Of a stretch of DNA of 64,000 nucleotides, positions 1-15,138 are shown piece by piece; position 1 is the stretch's first letter, and each line of letters begins with the position of its first letter. The notes under the pieces were generated by a model. It was not told the DNA's origin. It ran no database searches and saw only the letters and a list, made by a program, of their open reading frames with translations. The position numbers and the translations under genes are program-made. Source of the DNA: the human T2T-CHM13v2.0 reference genome, Homo sapiens; NCBI RefSeq assembly GCF_009914755.1, contig NC_060926.1; one strand, written 5' to 3'.

Positions 1-436
1 AAGCCTTCCAGTACTTGTATTTTAAGTTCCATAGATGCTTGGACCTTTTGTGGGCTCCTGGGACAGTGATCATGAAAGAAGAGTGCTCCCAGGGGATGAG
101 CAAGATGATCCCCTTTGGCTGGGAAGAAAAGATTCCATGTCCATCTGGTTTTTATTACTCCTCTAAAAATGTTCCCTTTATAGTTTTATAATTGTACTTA
201 AATAAAAATAATTGCACTTAAATAAAAAAAAATTGGGGAGATTATAGCAGAAGCTGTTGGTGTCCCGGCCATAGCTGTGTCCCTTGGTCTGCCACAGAGG
301 TCACTCCCAGAATACACTTAGGACTCCCTGTGTCTCCTTCTGAGGGTGACCTGAGCCACGATGTTATGGGATGGAGGCTAACACCTGGTAGGCCCCACAT
401 TTTTGACAATTTGGTTTTAAGAAAACTCATAGGTAT

Positions 437-831
<395 letters not shown>

Positions 832-2558
832 TCACTCCAACTCTGGAAGGTAGATATTATCCTCCCCCACCCCACTTTTCTTTAAAGAGGTGAGGAAACT
901 GAGGCTCAGCAATGACTGTGGGGATCTGGGAGCAGACTGCAGGTCTTGCTGGACCCAAGGCCCATTCGCCCTCCTTGCTGCCATGCTGGCTTCTCTACAG
1001 TGAGAGTAGCCTTTACGTTACGCACCACTAATGTCACTCAGAGGGTCCCGACCCTTCCCCTTCGGCCTCTTCTTGTTCTCCTCCCTCTGTTCCTCTTGGA
1101 TTCTCAGGAGCCAGTGTTAGCCCAGAAATGAAGAATTAAAGACTGTTCACACCCACATAGAACCATCTGCTCTCTTAGCCTCAGGGCAGGGCTGATGGGG
1201 GTGGTATTTAGTCTCTTGGAGGTGGTATTTAGCCCCTTGGAGAGGTGGTGCAAATATAGAAGCTGGTGTAGATGGCTTGGCTGGAGGGGGGCTATCTGGC
1301 AATTCAATGCATCTTGTGAGTTTTGGAGAACTAGGGTGACTATATCATTTATCCTCCAAGAAAGGACACAGTTGAGAATGATAAGTGACACTATACATAA
1401 TTACTCTAAGAAAACAGGCAAAATCTAGGACTATCCTTAGTGACTTGGAACCTACATCCTCCCTACCCACTCTATAGATATCCCTGCATTTTCCACCTTG
1501 TGTCTGTGATTGACCTGTTGTGTCCCTTTCAACATTTCAGCGCCCACCCCTCAAACCCCCATCAAGCCTTGCAGCAGCTATTTATTCAGTTAGCAAACTT
1601 TTCCTGGCCTCCAATTTGCATTCTTTCCTAACTTATGGGTCCCTTCTCTTTTGCCTAGATGCTGCCTTTCCCTGGCTGTTTGACCATAAACTCATGGTAT
1701 CATGCCTTATTCAGCAACTCTTAGAACAAAGTAAACAAATGTGCAAGTTTGCTTAAATTGAGAAAGCTTATATTTACAAAGTCGTGCCAGTTTTCTTTCT
1801 CACTCATCTACAGTTCTCTCAAACATTGGCCCTATTCCTGATGTATTAGATTGCAAACCCCTGAGGGCAGAGGCTGGGTGTTCTCACCCAGTTACACATG
1901 GTGGGCACCTCATTCGTAACTCTTTCTAGCACATTCAGCGCTCTGCCCTCTGGAGTCTTGCGGCTGAGTCAACACTCAGGAATCCAGCGCAGTAGGCTAA
2001 TTCCACGCTGGCTCTGACCTCATCCAACCCTGCTGTCCCAGTGAAATCCAGCCCACAGCACCCTGCCAGGGTGGAGGAGGTGCCGGGCTATAAATCTCCC
2101 CGTTGTTTCTTCTCCCGGAAAATATAAAACCAAAACCAAACATTATACATTATGCCCTCACTCACAGAGTCACTTGGAGGCTTCAATAAGACAAGGGATA
2201 TGGGTGTGTTTCGGGAAAGAAATTTGATACAAGTGCCAAGTGCTGTTATTGAAGACCTTAGGCATTTATTTTGGTAGCACCCCAATAGTGACAAGAGATG
2301 GGCTTGTCTAAAGCCAGCACTGCCACCTTCCCCTGTGTTCACCACTTCATTCCCTGATGTCTTACTGTCAGGCAGTTGGGCCTTGGAGCTGCCCTTCCTT
2401 CCGCATGTTGCTCTTTCATCATTTCATACCGTATTCTCCTGTAGAGTAGCATCTGGGCACCTTCCTTTGTCGAGGTTACTAAGACTTTCAAAGAGACATT
2501 TCAACCCCAAGTCACTAAGAGAAAATGTAATGCAGCAAGTGATTCCAATGGCAGTTAG

Positions 2559-2858
<300 letters not shown>

Positions 2859-3658
2859 CGCTAATGCACTTTTAAGGCATGCTTGCTGTAAATTGTTTTG
2901 GGAGTCTGCCGTCATTTCTGAGATGTGGGTGTAACCCAGCCCCTCACCATACTGGGCTGGCAGTGAATTGCCAGCAAGTGCATTCAGAAATATGAACATT
3001 CTCCCCTGCTTCCAGTACAGCCTCAGAGAGTCTCCTTGCTTAGTTGACCTGATGTTTTAGAACTTGTCTCTGCGTCTTCCTGCCTTCTTCTTTTTTGCGC
3101 TCACTTACTGGTTCCTGAAATTGGCATCAGCAATGCAAATTGGAAGCTTCCCTCAGACCTCTTTTCCAGTTCATCACCTGACATTTGCTTCAGGTAATCT
3201 GGCACCAGTCCTCAGCAAGATGTGTGTCTAGGAGTCTGGTGAGAGGCCAGATTAGGGGTAGCTGTGGCTTCAAGGAGTGGCCTGCAAAGTGGAATTTGGA
3301 CACAGTGCCCAGAGTAGGCAAGATGAGCTACTGGGATTTGGGAAACAGACCTTCCATCTGTATTCATTTTCTTACCTATGAAGCAAGAACATGATTTAGC
3401 TTTAATATTTGATGTATGGATGGCCAGAGTATGTGTTTATAATTTATATGAAAACATTTCAAAATGTTGTTGCTGGTATATGCAGTCAAAAATATTTGGA
3501 GACGTCTGGCTTAGTAGGCCCAAGTCAGTCAAAGAAATGGAAGAAGCAGAGAACACGTTAATTGGAGCAAGAAGAAGATGATGACTTGTATCCAGGGCCA
3601 GGTACATTCACTGGTCCACACATACACTCTGTTCACACAGCGCACACTCTTGCGCTCA

Positions 3659-4128
<470 letters not shown>

Positions 4129-6456
4129 TTATATACTAACCGAAAGAGGGCCACATGCTCCTGGGAACTGAAAGCAATACAGTAGCCTAGTTAATCCCTT
4201 GAAGAAGCACTCATGTGGCCACTTGCTCATGGATTTAACCCATTCTAGTGGCTGAGATCAGACCCAGACCTCAAGAAGCCAGCATGTGGTGCATGTGCAG
4301 TGACCAGAGCTTAGTGATCTGGGCATTTTCTGCATGTTCAACAAATATTGGATGGACATCATTGGTATATTCATCTATAGATTAGGTGATCTGAGGGCAG
4401 GTGAGAGGAAAAGACGTGGCCTCCAGCCTTAAGAAACTTATTACTCTTTGGAATGGGAGATCATACAGACCTACATCAAACCAGGCACGGACGGATGTTT
4501 ATAAAGCGTTAGACTCTGCAGCTCAGAGAAAGCAGGGCCGTGAAGGGGTGGGCTTTGAGGAAGACACAGAACTTCAACGGAACCTTGAAGAATGGGCAGT
4601 TGAATTAACAAAGGGGAGGGGAGATTCAGTCAGCACAATTCCATCTGTTGAGGGACTGAGGACCTGCTGAGCTAAAGATGCTTTTTGTAAATTGAGTGGT
4701 GCCTGGGTCACTGAGCAATTCAAGCATGCACTGGAAGAGCCTGGGAGGGACTTGAAGTTAGGGCCTAGATAACCTCTACGGTCCACTGGAGTCCCAGAGT
4801 GGTCTGATTACATGACAGCCTTCCCTGGCTAGTTCTGTCTAGGAGGTCATAGATTCATTAATTATGGGGGAGGGGGAGGTTCTTTATTGGGATAAAATAC
4901 ACTAGCTGGAGGAGAGTTTTACCTCTTCTACCCTGATTAAAACAGGAGAATCAAGCAAGAGGCTGCTGCAGGTAGCTGAAGTTTTTTTCTGAGTTGGCTC
5001 CATCTTTCAAAGAGCTGTCAAAGCACATGCTTAGAAACCAAACCTAATTGCTGTTATGAATTTGTTAGTTTGAAGTACGGCACCTCTGGCATGGTCCATG
5101 GAATGTGAGCACTCTTGCTTAGAGATGTATGGGAGCCAGGCTTTGAAACATTTACGTCTCATGTTGATCTGAGGCAGTTGCTATAAGACATTGATTCTAA
5201 TTCTACCTGTTACATGTTGACAGGCTGAATCGTTGTGCTAGTTAAGGTCCAAAAACACCAATTAGAGAAGCGTTTCTGGCCAAAGACAATGCTTATCTGG
5301 GTGCACCCTGAAATGCCTCAAAGTTTACATGTGGGTTAGGAGAATGACATCATGTGGCTGATGACTTCCAAATTGTGCAAGTGAGAAAAAAATCATATAG
5401 GCAGTATGTTCCTCCCTGAAATCCATTGAGAGGATATAAAAGAGCAAGTCTCTTGTAAATGTTATTATAATTAATGTTGTCATATTATGTGTGACATGTC
5501 ATATATGAGGAACGTGCAGCCGTTGTGATGTGAAAGGTCCCTGTGGCTCTCATGAGGGGAACAGCAGGGGATGGCGTAGGGTGTGCACTCAGTAAATTAC
5601 TGTTGGTCTAATGACGAGGTCCCCGCAGGAAGGATTAGAACACGAATGGAATACAAATTCCTCTCTTTCCTGTGCTTTGTTGTGTAAGCACGCTTTGTTT
5701 TATGATTCTGCGATTAACTCTTGGAAAAAGTCACTTAATCTTCTTGAGATTCAGTTTTTTTCAACAATAAAATGAATTATAATGCATTATGTTTATTATA
5801 GTACACATGTAACTAAATGAGTATATATATCAAAATTTTCTGTAAACTTCATTTTTAATTAAACATCAGTGGAAATATGCTTACAGTAAAACATTTAACA
5901 GTAACAGTGCTTTAAAAGTATAAAAGAAAAGTTGTCCCCCCAACCTCTTATTCTCCACTCCCCAGAAGTTAGCTGCTGCTGTTCTTAATATACTTTAGAA
6001 GTGTTGCACAAATACATGTGATCATAATTCCCATTTATTTCACATAATATTTCTACTTTTATGGCATTTTGTAAATTGATGAATCATTTTAGCCAAAGAG
6101 GATGATTGTATCTCGGCGCTAGGATTCAGCTGTGAAGATTCAGGAGGCTTTAAGAGCTCATTTTAGGTAATTTTCTGCTTTTGAATATTGTAGAAAAGAA
6201 ATTCCTTTGTTAAAGGACACAATTAAATATACTCCAAAGCAGACTAACATTCATTTATTCCTTTATTTAAAAAATGATTTCGCAGTCATCATGTGCAAAG
6301 CAGTTACCCAGTCTATGAAAGTTTAGAACCATAGCGTCTAAGCCAGCACATAGGAGTTGCACGTGGGTCCTATAGCTCAGAGTACATCTGCCAAAAGAGG
6401 GATAGGGCAGAGGGCCACGGAACTCACTGTGAGCCCCTCTAGCCGGGGCTTAGGAA

Positions 6457-6475
6457 GGTCTGCCAGGGGGCGCTA
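6457..6475 (+). promoter_or_regulatory. Candidate CTCF site
   Basis: ggtctgccagggggcgcta matches 15/19 of the consensus tggccaccagggggcgcta. Confidence 0.45.
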
Positions 6476-7450
6476 ACATTTGGACTTGATCTTGCAGGTT
6501 AGTTGTAATTTAGTTTTACAAGATTAACTATTTTTCTCCCACAAAGACTCAAAATGGTTGAGGTTACACATGCCAGAAACATGCCAGAATTCCTTCTTTC
6601 CAGAGCCTTTTTTTTTCTGTCTTAAATGTTTTCCAGTTCCACTGTCTCAGAGGCCTTTGAGGAGGACACAGAATATAAAGTTCTCACCAGACGCCAGGAT
6701 ATAACAAATGTCAGCTAAGTTACACGTCTTAGCAGAAACCAAGCCTCCTCTCCTGCTTTCTGGGTCCCCTTTGTCAGGAGAGTTCCCAGTTTGCAGAATG
6801 CACCAGACAGCAGCAGGGGAGGCTGTGTCTGTGTTAAGTAAACAAAGGTGAATTTGGAGTGACCGCGCAGTGAAACTGCCCAGTCTAGATCATCAACGCA
6901 GGATTGTTTAAGTTGTTCAAGCTAGAAAAGGCACAGAGTGTTTGGTCCACTCACGTGGTTTTACAGTTTTGGAAACTGAGGCATTGAGCTGTGATGTGAT
7001 TCGTTCAAAGGCAGATAGATGGTGGGGGCGATGGCTGAGTCAGATGTGGAAAGAATATAGGTATTATGAATCTATTCCAGGACTCAACCATGTTGGCAAC
7101 CCTGCAGGGCCATTCTATGCATATTCTTGACTAGATTCATTGATCCCAAAGCCTTTTAGGCCCGAATCACTTCGTTGGTGACTCATTTCTTCCCTCCATT
7201 CTGCTTTGACTGCTGTCCATTTGCTCCATTCGGACTTTTTGATGCTCCTTTTGTTCCCCATATTGTGGGGTGCCTCAGGGTTCCAGGGCTGTAGGAAAAG
7301 CCTCAGCGTCTCTCCAGCAGCAGGCATTCCTTATGCATGAGCTCTACAGGAAATGCTGTTGAGCCAGTATAGTATCTAAGGCACAGCTCAGACTGGAGTG
7401 ATGGCTATGCTGGTATACAGTTTTCAAAACTTATTGACTCGTAAACTTAA

Positions 7451-7808
<358 letters not shown>

Positions 7809-8163
7809 ATCCTCAATTTAAAAACAAAAACACAAAAACCTCAAGTGACTTCACTTATAAATCTTTGGACATTTAGGTTGGCGGATTCCCTTTGAAACCA
7901 TTTTGCAAATGGATACAGAGGTGGCCCTAGGTAGAGTGGGGACACCTGTTTTTGTGCCCTCAGCCTTCCCTATCCCTGCCCTTTTCCTTTCCAGTAATGC
8001 TTCTTCCACTTCTTGTTCCTCTTTCAACTTCCCCCCTTCCTGAGCCTTCCATTGCCAAAACTTTCTCGCATTAGGCAGGGAAACGATGGCCACACCAATG
8101 CATTAAGAGTAAGATGTGTTCTGTGAGGATTTCAGTTTCAGAGGAACACCTGGGGAAGGCTGC

Positions 8164-8573
8164 TGTGTGAGTCCATTCTTGCCTTGCTATAAAGGAATTA
8201 TTGAGGCCGGGTAATTTATAAAGAAAAGAGGTTTAATTGGCTCACAGTTCTGCAGGCTGTACAAGCATGGCACCAACATCTGCTTGGCTTCTGGTGAGGG
8301 CCTCAGGAAGCTTACGATCATGGCAGACGGTGAAGGGGAAGCCAGCATGTCACATGGCGAGAGCTGAAGCAAGAGCGGGGAGGTGTCATACTCTGTCAAA
8401 CAACTGGATCTCATGTGAACTCAGAGTAAGAACTCTTGTTATCAGGACAGCCCCAAGCCATTCATGAGGGATCCGCCCTGTGACTCAAACACCTCCCACC
8501 AGGTCCCACCTCCAACATTGGGGATTACACTTCAACATCAGATTTGGAGAGGACAAACGTCGAAACTATATCA
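8164..8573 (-). mobile_element. MaLR solo LTR (MST family, MSTB-like)
   Basis: tgtgtgagtccattc...taatttataaagaaaagaggtttaattggctcacagttctgcagg...aaactatatca resembles the MST consensus; TG...CA ends. Confidence 0.85.
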
Positions 8574-10099
8574 GCCAGGCTACACCACAACCACAGCCGT
8601 CACTGGTTGAGCACATGCTATGTACCAGGCACCATACTAAGTGCTTTCCATGAGCTATCACGTTCAACCCTCACAGTCCCCTGCAAGGCAGGTACTCTTA
8701 TTACCCCTTCCTCAGAGAAGTTTTAAAGAGATGCTGCATAACTGTGCTCCACTGGTGGGGGGCCAGATTAGAACACAGGCATCTGGCAAAGCCAGGGCTG
8801 TCTGTCTTTATACAACCCCTTGACAGAAAAGAATGACTTGTTAATGGTGGAATGTCCTGTACTGATGGGGGAAGACCATTTGAAGGACTTCTCTATCTCC
8901 TTAAAAGACACCACATGAATGGCCACTTATCCCTATGTGTGAAGCCATGGTTGAATGGTAGTGATGATAAACCAAAAAATGGGGTGGATTCAGTGCAGTG
9001 CTCTGCATGTACAAGTTGTTTTGTGTTCATTAATGACTAGGGCTACTGTTAATAGCTCTGGACAGGATTGGTTATGAATGTGGCACATGCCCTCCCAGGG
9101 CGTAGGATGTTGGCCAGATACCAACCAAGGTGGCCAGAGTTTGCAGAACCACTTTGTAAAGGAATGAGGAGGAGCCCTGCATCCCTTAAATCCCTGCCCA
9201 CAACTGGGTTCTGAGACCACAGGACTCTTGATAAGATTGTGGTGGTTTGTGAGTTATGCCCGGTCATCTATGACTAACAGTGCAGTGAGGCCATTTGGCC
9301 TATTTGCTTTTCCATTTTTTTTCTGGCTCTCTTCACTTGAATCTACTTTCCATTTAAAATTTATGATACGGGTTATAAATGACCCAAGTCAGAACCTTGG
9401 GATGTGCTGGCTCAGCTCTTCCCAGGGCTTACAGGGGAAGCAGGTACAATGGAAACATCTGTCTATTTGATGGGAGAGAATGCAAAGGCCTAGAAAACAG
9501 AACTGTCTAATCCCAAAGACATCAGCCTTCCAGCTCTTGTTCAAACAAGGTCAACGATGGTGAGAATCCCCCTGCCAGCTCATTGCCTCTAATCTTGGTG
9601 AAATCCATGCTGGTGCTCTGGGAAATAGCCAGTTATAGGAAGTTTTTGGTGGAGTTCCATGGAGGAGGAGGTGAATTAAAAGCCAGAGGAACCAGGTTGT
9701 GATAAAGGTACCAATATGACATGCTGGGTTAATAGCTCCCCTGCCTGCCCCATGGGATTTTGGTGGAAAGAAAGTATCAATAAACATGGGTGTGACCATG
9801 TTCTGGAACAGTTCAGGATGCTGCACCAGTGCAAGCCTTAGCTATCACTCCGCCTTAGAGGGGTCAACTCCTATTAACTGTGCATATGTAAAGTCTCCTT
9901 GGGTGGGCTTGCCACAGCCAGGAGCTCCAAGAACTGCTGACTGATGTCAGCAAACCCAGTAGACCTAGACTCTATGAGATATTCAGCTTCTCATCTTTCA
10001 GCACCCTCTAAAGGAATTCACATCAGAATAGGCTAGACAGAAAACTCTCTCAACCTCTCTCCATCACCTGGTGTGTTTATTGTTATTGCAAAACAGTAC

Positions 10100-10510
10100 C
10101 ACCTAAAGTGTGGTATATCTGTGCAATCGAATGTTATTCAGAAATAAAAAAGAAATGAAGTCTGAGACATGCTACAATATGGATGAACCTTAATCACTAT
10201 GCTGAGTGAAAGATGCCAGTTGCAAAAGACCACATATTGTATGATTCTATTTGTGATATGTCCAAAATAGGAACATCCATAGAGATAAAGTAAATTAGTG
10301 ATTGCCAGGAGCCAGGGGGTGGGGGAGAGAGGCAGGCGTGAATGAGGGATGCCTGGTAAAGGGTGTGGAACTTCTGTTTGCGGGGGATGAAAATGTTCTA
10401 AAATTGACTGTAGGGATGATTACATGACAGAATATATACAAAACCAGTGATGGTATACTTTCAACAGGTGAATTGTATAGTATGTGAATTATATCTCAAA
10501 CTGTTACTTA
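10100..10510 (+). mobile_element. Old L1M 3' end fragment
   Basis: catgctacaatatggatgaacctt...ctgagtgaaaga...catattgtatgattc...gtatgtgaattatatctcaa. Confidence 0.8.
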
Positions 10511-11315
10511 AGACAAATTATGCAAACTAAAATAACAATATTAAAATAAAATAATACTAAAATAACCTAATAACAATACTAACACAGCTATTTGAACTTT
10601 TGCATATCATCATCTGATCTTTGGCAGCTTGGAGACATCTTTTTGTGTGGTTACAGTCACAGTGTGCTGTTTTCAGTTGTCTATAGTCCTTATAATTCTG
10701 TCAGTTTGATATTTTGCTTAATTATTTTCCAATTGATAGGCACTTAGGCTTCCAGACTTCTTGTGGTGATGGTTGTTACTACAAACAGCATTTCTGTAGA
10801 ATTAAAACGTTTCTTTAGGATTTTCTTTGAAGTGGGACTATCGAGTCAAAATTTCTTGCTCTAAAGTGTATATTTCTTTTATAACCTATTGTACTTAATA
10901 AAGTTTGGAGTTGTAAAAATGACGAGAAACAGGAGGAAGTTAGAGAACTACGTATATGTGAAGTCCGCAGTGTTGTTTTTGTACAGTAATAAGACTGACC
11001 TGCCACCCCATCCTAGACCATGTTCAGGCATTGCTCACCTACGTGAATGTCTTATATCTAAGTGGTAGGCACTGGCTGATAACTGGAGAACAATTTGTGA
11101 ATTGCATCTGTTTCAAAGTTGTACTGTGCAGAACAATCACTTATTAGTGTTCATGTTACATCTTCAAATTCAATGCACTGGGGTTAAGTCTCCTTGCTAT
11201 ACCCATAACGTGGCACATGCAAAATAAAACAAATGCTCATTGGCACATAGACATACAGAGCCTTTAAAAACATTGGAAATATTTCCAATATAGATGAAAA
11301 AGCAAGAATGATTTA

Positions 11316-11654
<339 letters not shown>

Positions 11655-11699
11655 TTTTTTTTTCACTTGCTTTCTTGACGAAATAAAACATCAGAGTCA

Positions 11700-13100
11700 G
11701 TTCAAGTCTCCTTGTTGGGGGATTCCTGCTCTTTCTGTCTGCCCAGAGATAACCCCTGGGCTGAAGTTGGTGTTTAGCTCATTCATATGTGAACACTTAA
11801 AAAAATATATACAAGACTGCCAATATATGTTTGTTTTGTGAATTTTACTTTATATAAATGGTATACTGTACACATTGTTTTGTAACTTGCTTTTTAAATG
11901 GAACATAATTTTATAGATTTATCTGTGATATAGATCTGGTTCATTCATTTTAATTCTCTATGCTATTCCTCGAATGACAATACAGTATCACAGTTTTTAC
12001 CCATTCATTTGTTAGCAGACATTTAAGTTGTTTTCAGTTTTTTATGACCACAAACAGTGTTCTAGTGAACATCGTTGCATGTGTCTCCTTGGGTATAAGT
12101 GTGCAAATCTCTCTAAGATATATACATGTATACTGAGGAAGGACCTGCTGGGTTGTAGAATATGCACATCCTCAGCTTAGCTGACTATTGTGTGATTGCT
12201 TATCAACATGGTTACATTAGCTCACATCCCCACCGGCAGTATGCAAGAGTTGCTTTACATCCTTACTAACCCTTTAATGTCAGATTTTAATTTTTGTCAA
12301 CTAATAAATACGATGTGGCATCCCACTGTTTTAATTTGTATTGCCCTGATTACCTTTAAAATATTCTTTTAGGACTATTGGCCGATGAATTGTTCATTTA
12401 TTTTGCTTGTTTTTTTTTTTTTTTTTGATTGTTGTTTTTTTTTTTTCCTTGAGGGTAGGAGTTTTTAATATACATTGAACTAAATCTGAGTCTGCTACAT
12501 GTTGCAAATGTCTTTTCTCGGTATCTTTTTCTTGTCATTATTTATGGTGTCTTCTGTGCAGAAGTCTTACATTTTAATGATCATAGTTGGTGTTTGCTTT
12601 TTGCTTTCTGTTTAATAAATCTTCCCCTATCTAAATGACACAAATGCTTTCCTGTTTATTTTTTAAATAAAAGTTTTTATGTTTTGCTTTTTGCACTGGG
12701 TCTAACAGTTTTTTCTCCCCCAGTTTGACAACCATGGACCTAGGATCATATTTATCGGTCCATGTTTTCCCTCTTGAACCTCCTGTTTCTCATCTCTGTT
12801 CTATCCCTTTGGTCTGTCCCGCTGATACACCATGTTTTAATTGCTTTGACTGTGAAATTTTGATATTTGATAGCGAAGCCTTCATTCTTTGTTGTTTTTT
12901 TTTTTAAAGAAAACTCAGTCCAAATATTCTTTATTCTTATCAAATTTTTTGTTGCTTTTTTGGCCATTTTTCTTCTGTGAATTTTAGGATTAGCTTTTCA
13001 ATTTCTGTGAGAAACCTAGTAGGATTTAAGTTGAAAATGCATTAATTTTTGAATTACTGATGAGAATGGTTATTACATCTATTCAAGTTTTTAATTTCTT
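11700..13100 (-). mobile_element. Degraded L1ME-like fragments
   Basis: T-rich antisense L1 3'UTR/ORF2 motifs (gacatttaagttgttttcag, cccaccggcagtatgcaagagtt, ttttaggattagctt). Confidence 0.7.
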
Positions 13101-14096
13101 TTTAAGTATTATGAAGCAGAACACTTGCCTAAAATGAATGCTTAGAAAATATGTCTCTAATTGGCATCCTGGGAACATAACAAAATAGTTTTCTGCAAAA
13201 ATGAAATTTTGACCAAAGGCTGAAGCCGTCTTCAGTGAAGTTGTTTTTACCTTTACTGAAAATCAATATATTTACCAAAAATGAATGCTTAGTTTTAACA
13301 CTAGGAGTAAAAACAGATCACTGCTTTATACACCAGACCATTTATTACCCCATCATGGGACATCAGCCAATCTCTGGTCTTTAGGAGAATGCATTTTATT
13401 CCCACTTCTTCTTATGAAAAGCTTTAAATGAAATTTTCTGGCAGAATTTCAGTTACACTGAGTTAATTTATTTCTGCTTCTCACATTCTAATTTTGAGGA
13501 TGGCAGATAAAGATGTCACAGCACATTTGCATGAGGAACTCTGGCTGGATGAGGAGAAAATAACTTCAAGGTCATTACCAGGGTTTATGCTCGACTGTGC
13601 CCCAGTTTCCCCTGGGATTACAAGATGCCTGGTTTGATGATGCCCAGGCCAAGTGTCTAATAAGCCATGGAGTGAAAAAGGTTACTTCAAGCACGCAGAG
13701 GGCAAAGCGAGAGATGGATATCAAGGGGCGGGGTGCAGATCCACCCTTGTGTCTGCCAAGTGTCTGTTGTTCACACTTCCGTTGGCTCAAGGTGAGAAGT
13801 GCTTGGGGACAGCAACAGCAGCTGGTGGACAAGAGGGAGTACTGGTGTTCCTAGAGGACCAACTTTCCTAGAGGACCTCTCAGAACTGGCTCCTCTAATT
13901 AAGTCCTGGAACTATCAGCCTCATTTCTTTGACTTATCTCTGCCCACTTGGTGGCTCCCGATCTGAGATCATGTTCACTTGGCCACCAAGACAAAAGCTC
14001 CAAATAGTGTCCTTGTACATCCCCAGTCATGACTGTGAATTGCACTACAATCCTGCCCACAGCTTAATGCTCGGTGCCCAAACCATCACTGTAAAG

Positions 14097-14280
14097 CCAG
14101 TGTTCAAACACTATCGTGTTATCCGGTGCTGCTCTGGCTGCAAAAGATTTCCTGGGGAGTTGATTAAAGTTACAGATTTTCAAGCCTCACCCAGTGGAAT
14201 TGGGGAGTGGCTCTGGAGTTTATGGCTTCACTAGCTTCCCAGGTGATTCTGGTAAGTAGCCCAGATTGGGAACCACTGCT
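14097..14280. mobile_element. MER5-like hAT-Charlie MITE
   Basis: cagtgttcaaac...cccaggtgattctg...gggaaccactg. Confidence 0.6.
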
Positions 14281-14833
14281 TTAGACAACTTTAACCTAAG
14301 GCTCTAAGGAGGAACCCAGTCCTCTGGGAAACAGCTTCATACAGACTGTCGAGGAAGTCGTGTTTCCAGTCAGTCATGCCAGGTAGGTCCCTCTGTCTTG
14401 CAAGTCTTTGGGCTTTCATAATTCCTCCCTAACTCTGACTTCCTCACTGAGACTAGGCAGTATGTATGTGTCCATGGCCCCCACTCCTGAGTCAAGGCTT
14501 CTCTGGGCCCAGAAAGACAGCCCTTTTGGCTTGGGGCCACACTTAGATGTTAACCACAAGATACGTGCTCTGCTTCCTCTAGGTTTAAAGGTGCCGCTCT
14601 CCCTAGGACCAATGCAGCATCTCACAAAATGAGGGCCCCAGCTGAGCCAATGCAACTCTGTGCTGGAGGCAAATGTAGCAAAGGCTGAGCACTTTTGTAC
14701 ACAACCACATACAATGAGTCTGGTTCTTCCACACCTCATCCTCTGAGTTTGTGCCAAGCTGGATCAAAGCACGAGTGAGTGGTTTAAGACTGTAAAATGT
14801 GACAAACTCAGTTGATCCAGACTCTCAGACTCT

Positions 14834-15138
14834 TTTGTTTTGTTTTGTTTTGTTTTTTGAGACGGAGTCTTGCTCTGTCGCCCAGGCTGGAGCACAGGGG
14901 CGCCATCTTGGCTCACTGCAAACTCTGCCTCCTGGGTTCAAGCTATTCTCATGCCTCAGCCTCCTGAGTAGCTGGGATTACAGGCATGTGCCACCACATC
15001 CAGCTAACTTTTGCATTTTTAATAGAGACGGAGTTTCATCATGTTGGCCAGGCTGGTCTTCAACTCCTGGCGTCAAGTGATCTACCCGCCTCGGCCTCCC
15101 AAAGTGCTGGGATCACAGGCATGAGCCACTGTGCCCAG
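14834..15138 (-). mobile_element. Alu (AluS)
   Basis: (TTTTG)n tail; TSD tgatccagactct / tgattcagactct. Confidence 0.92.
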
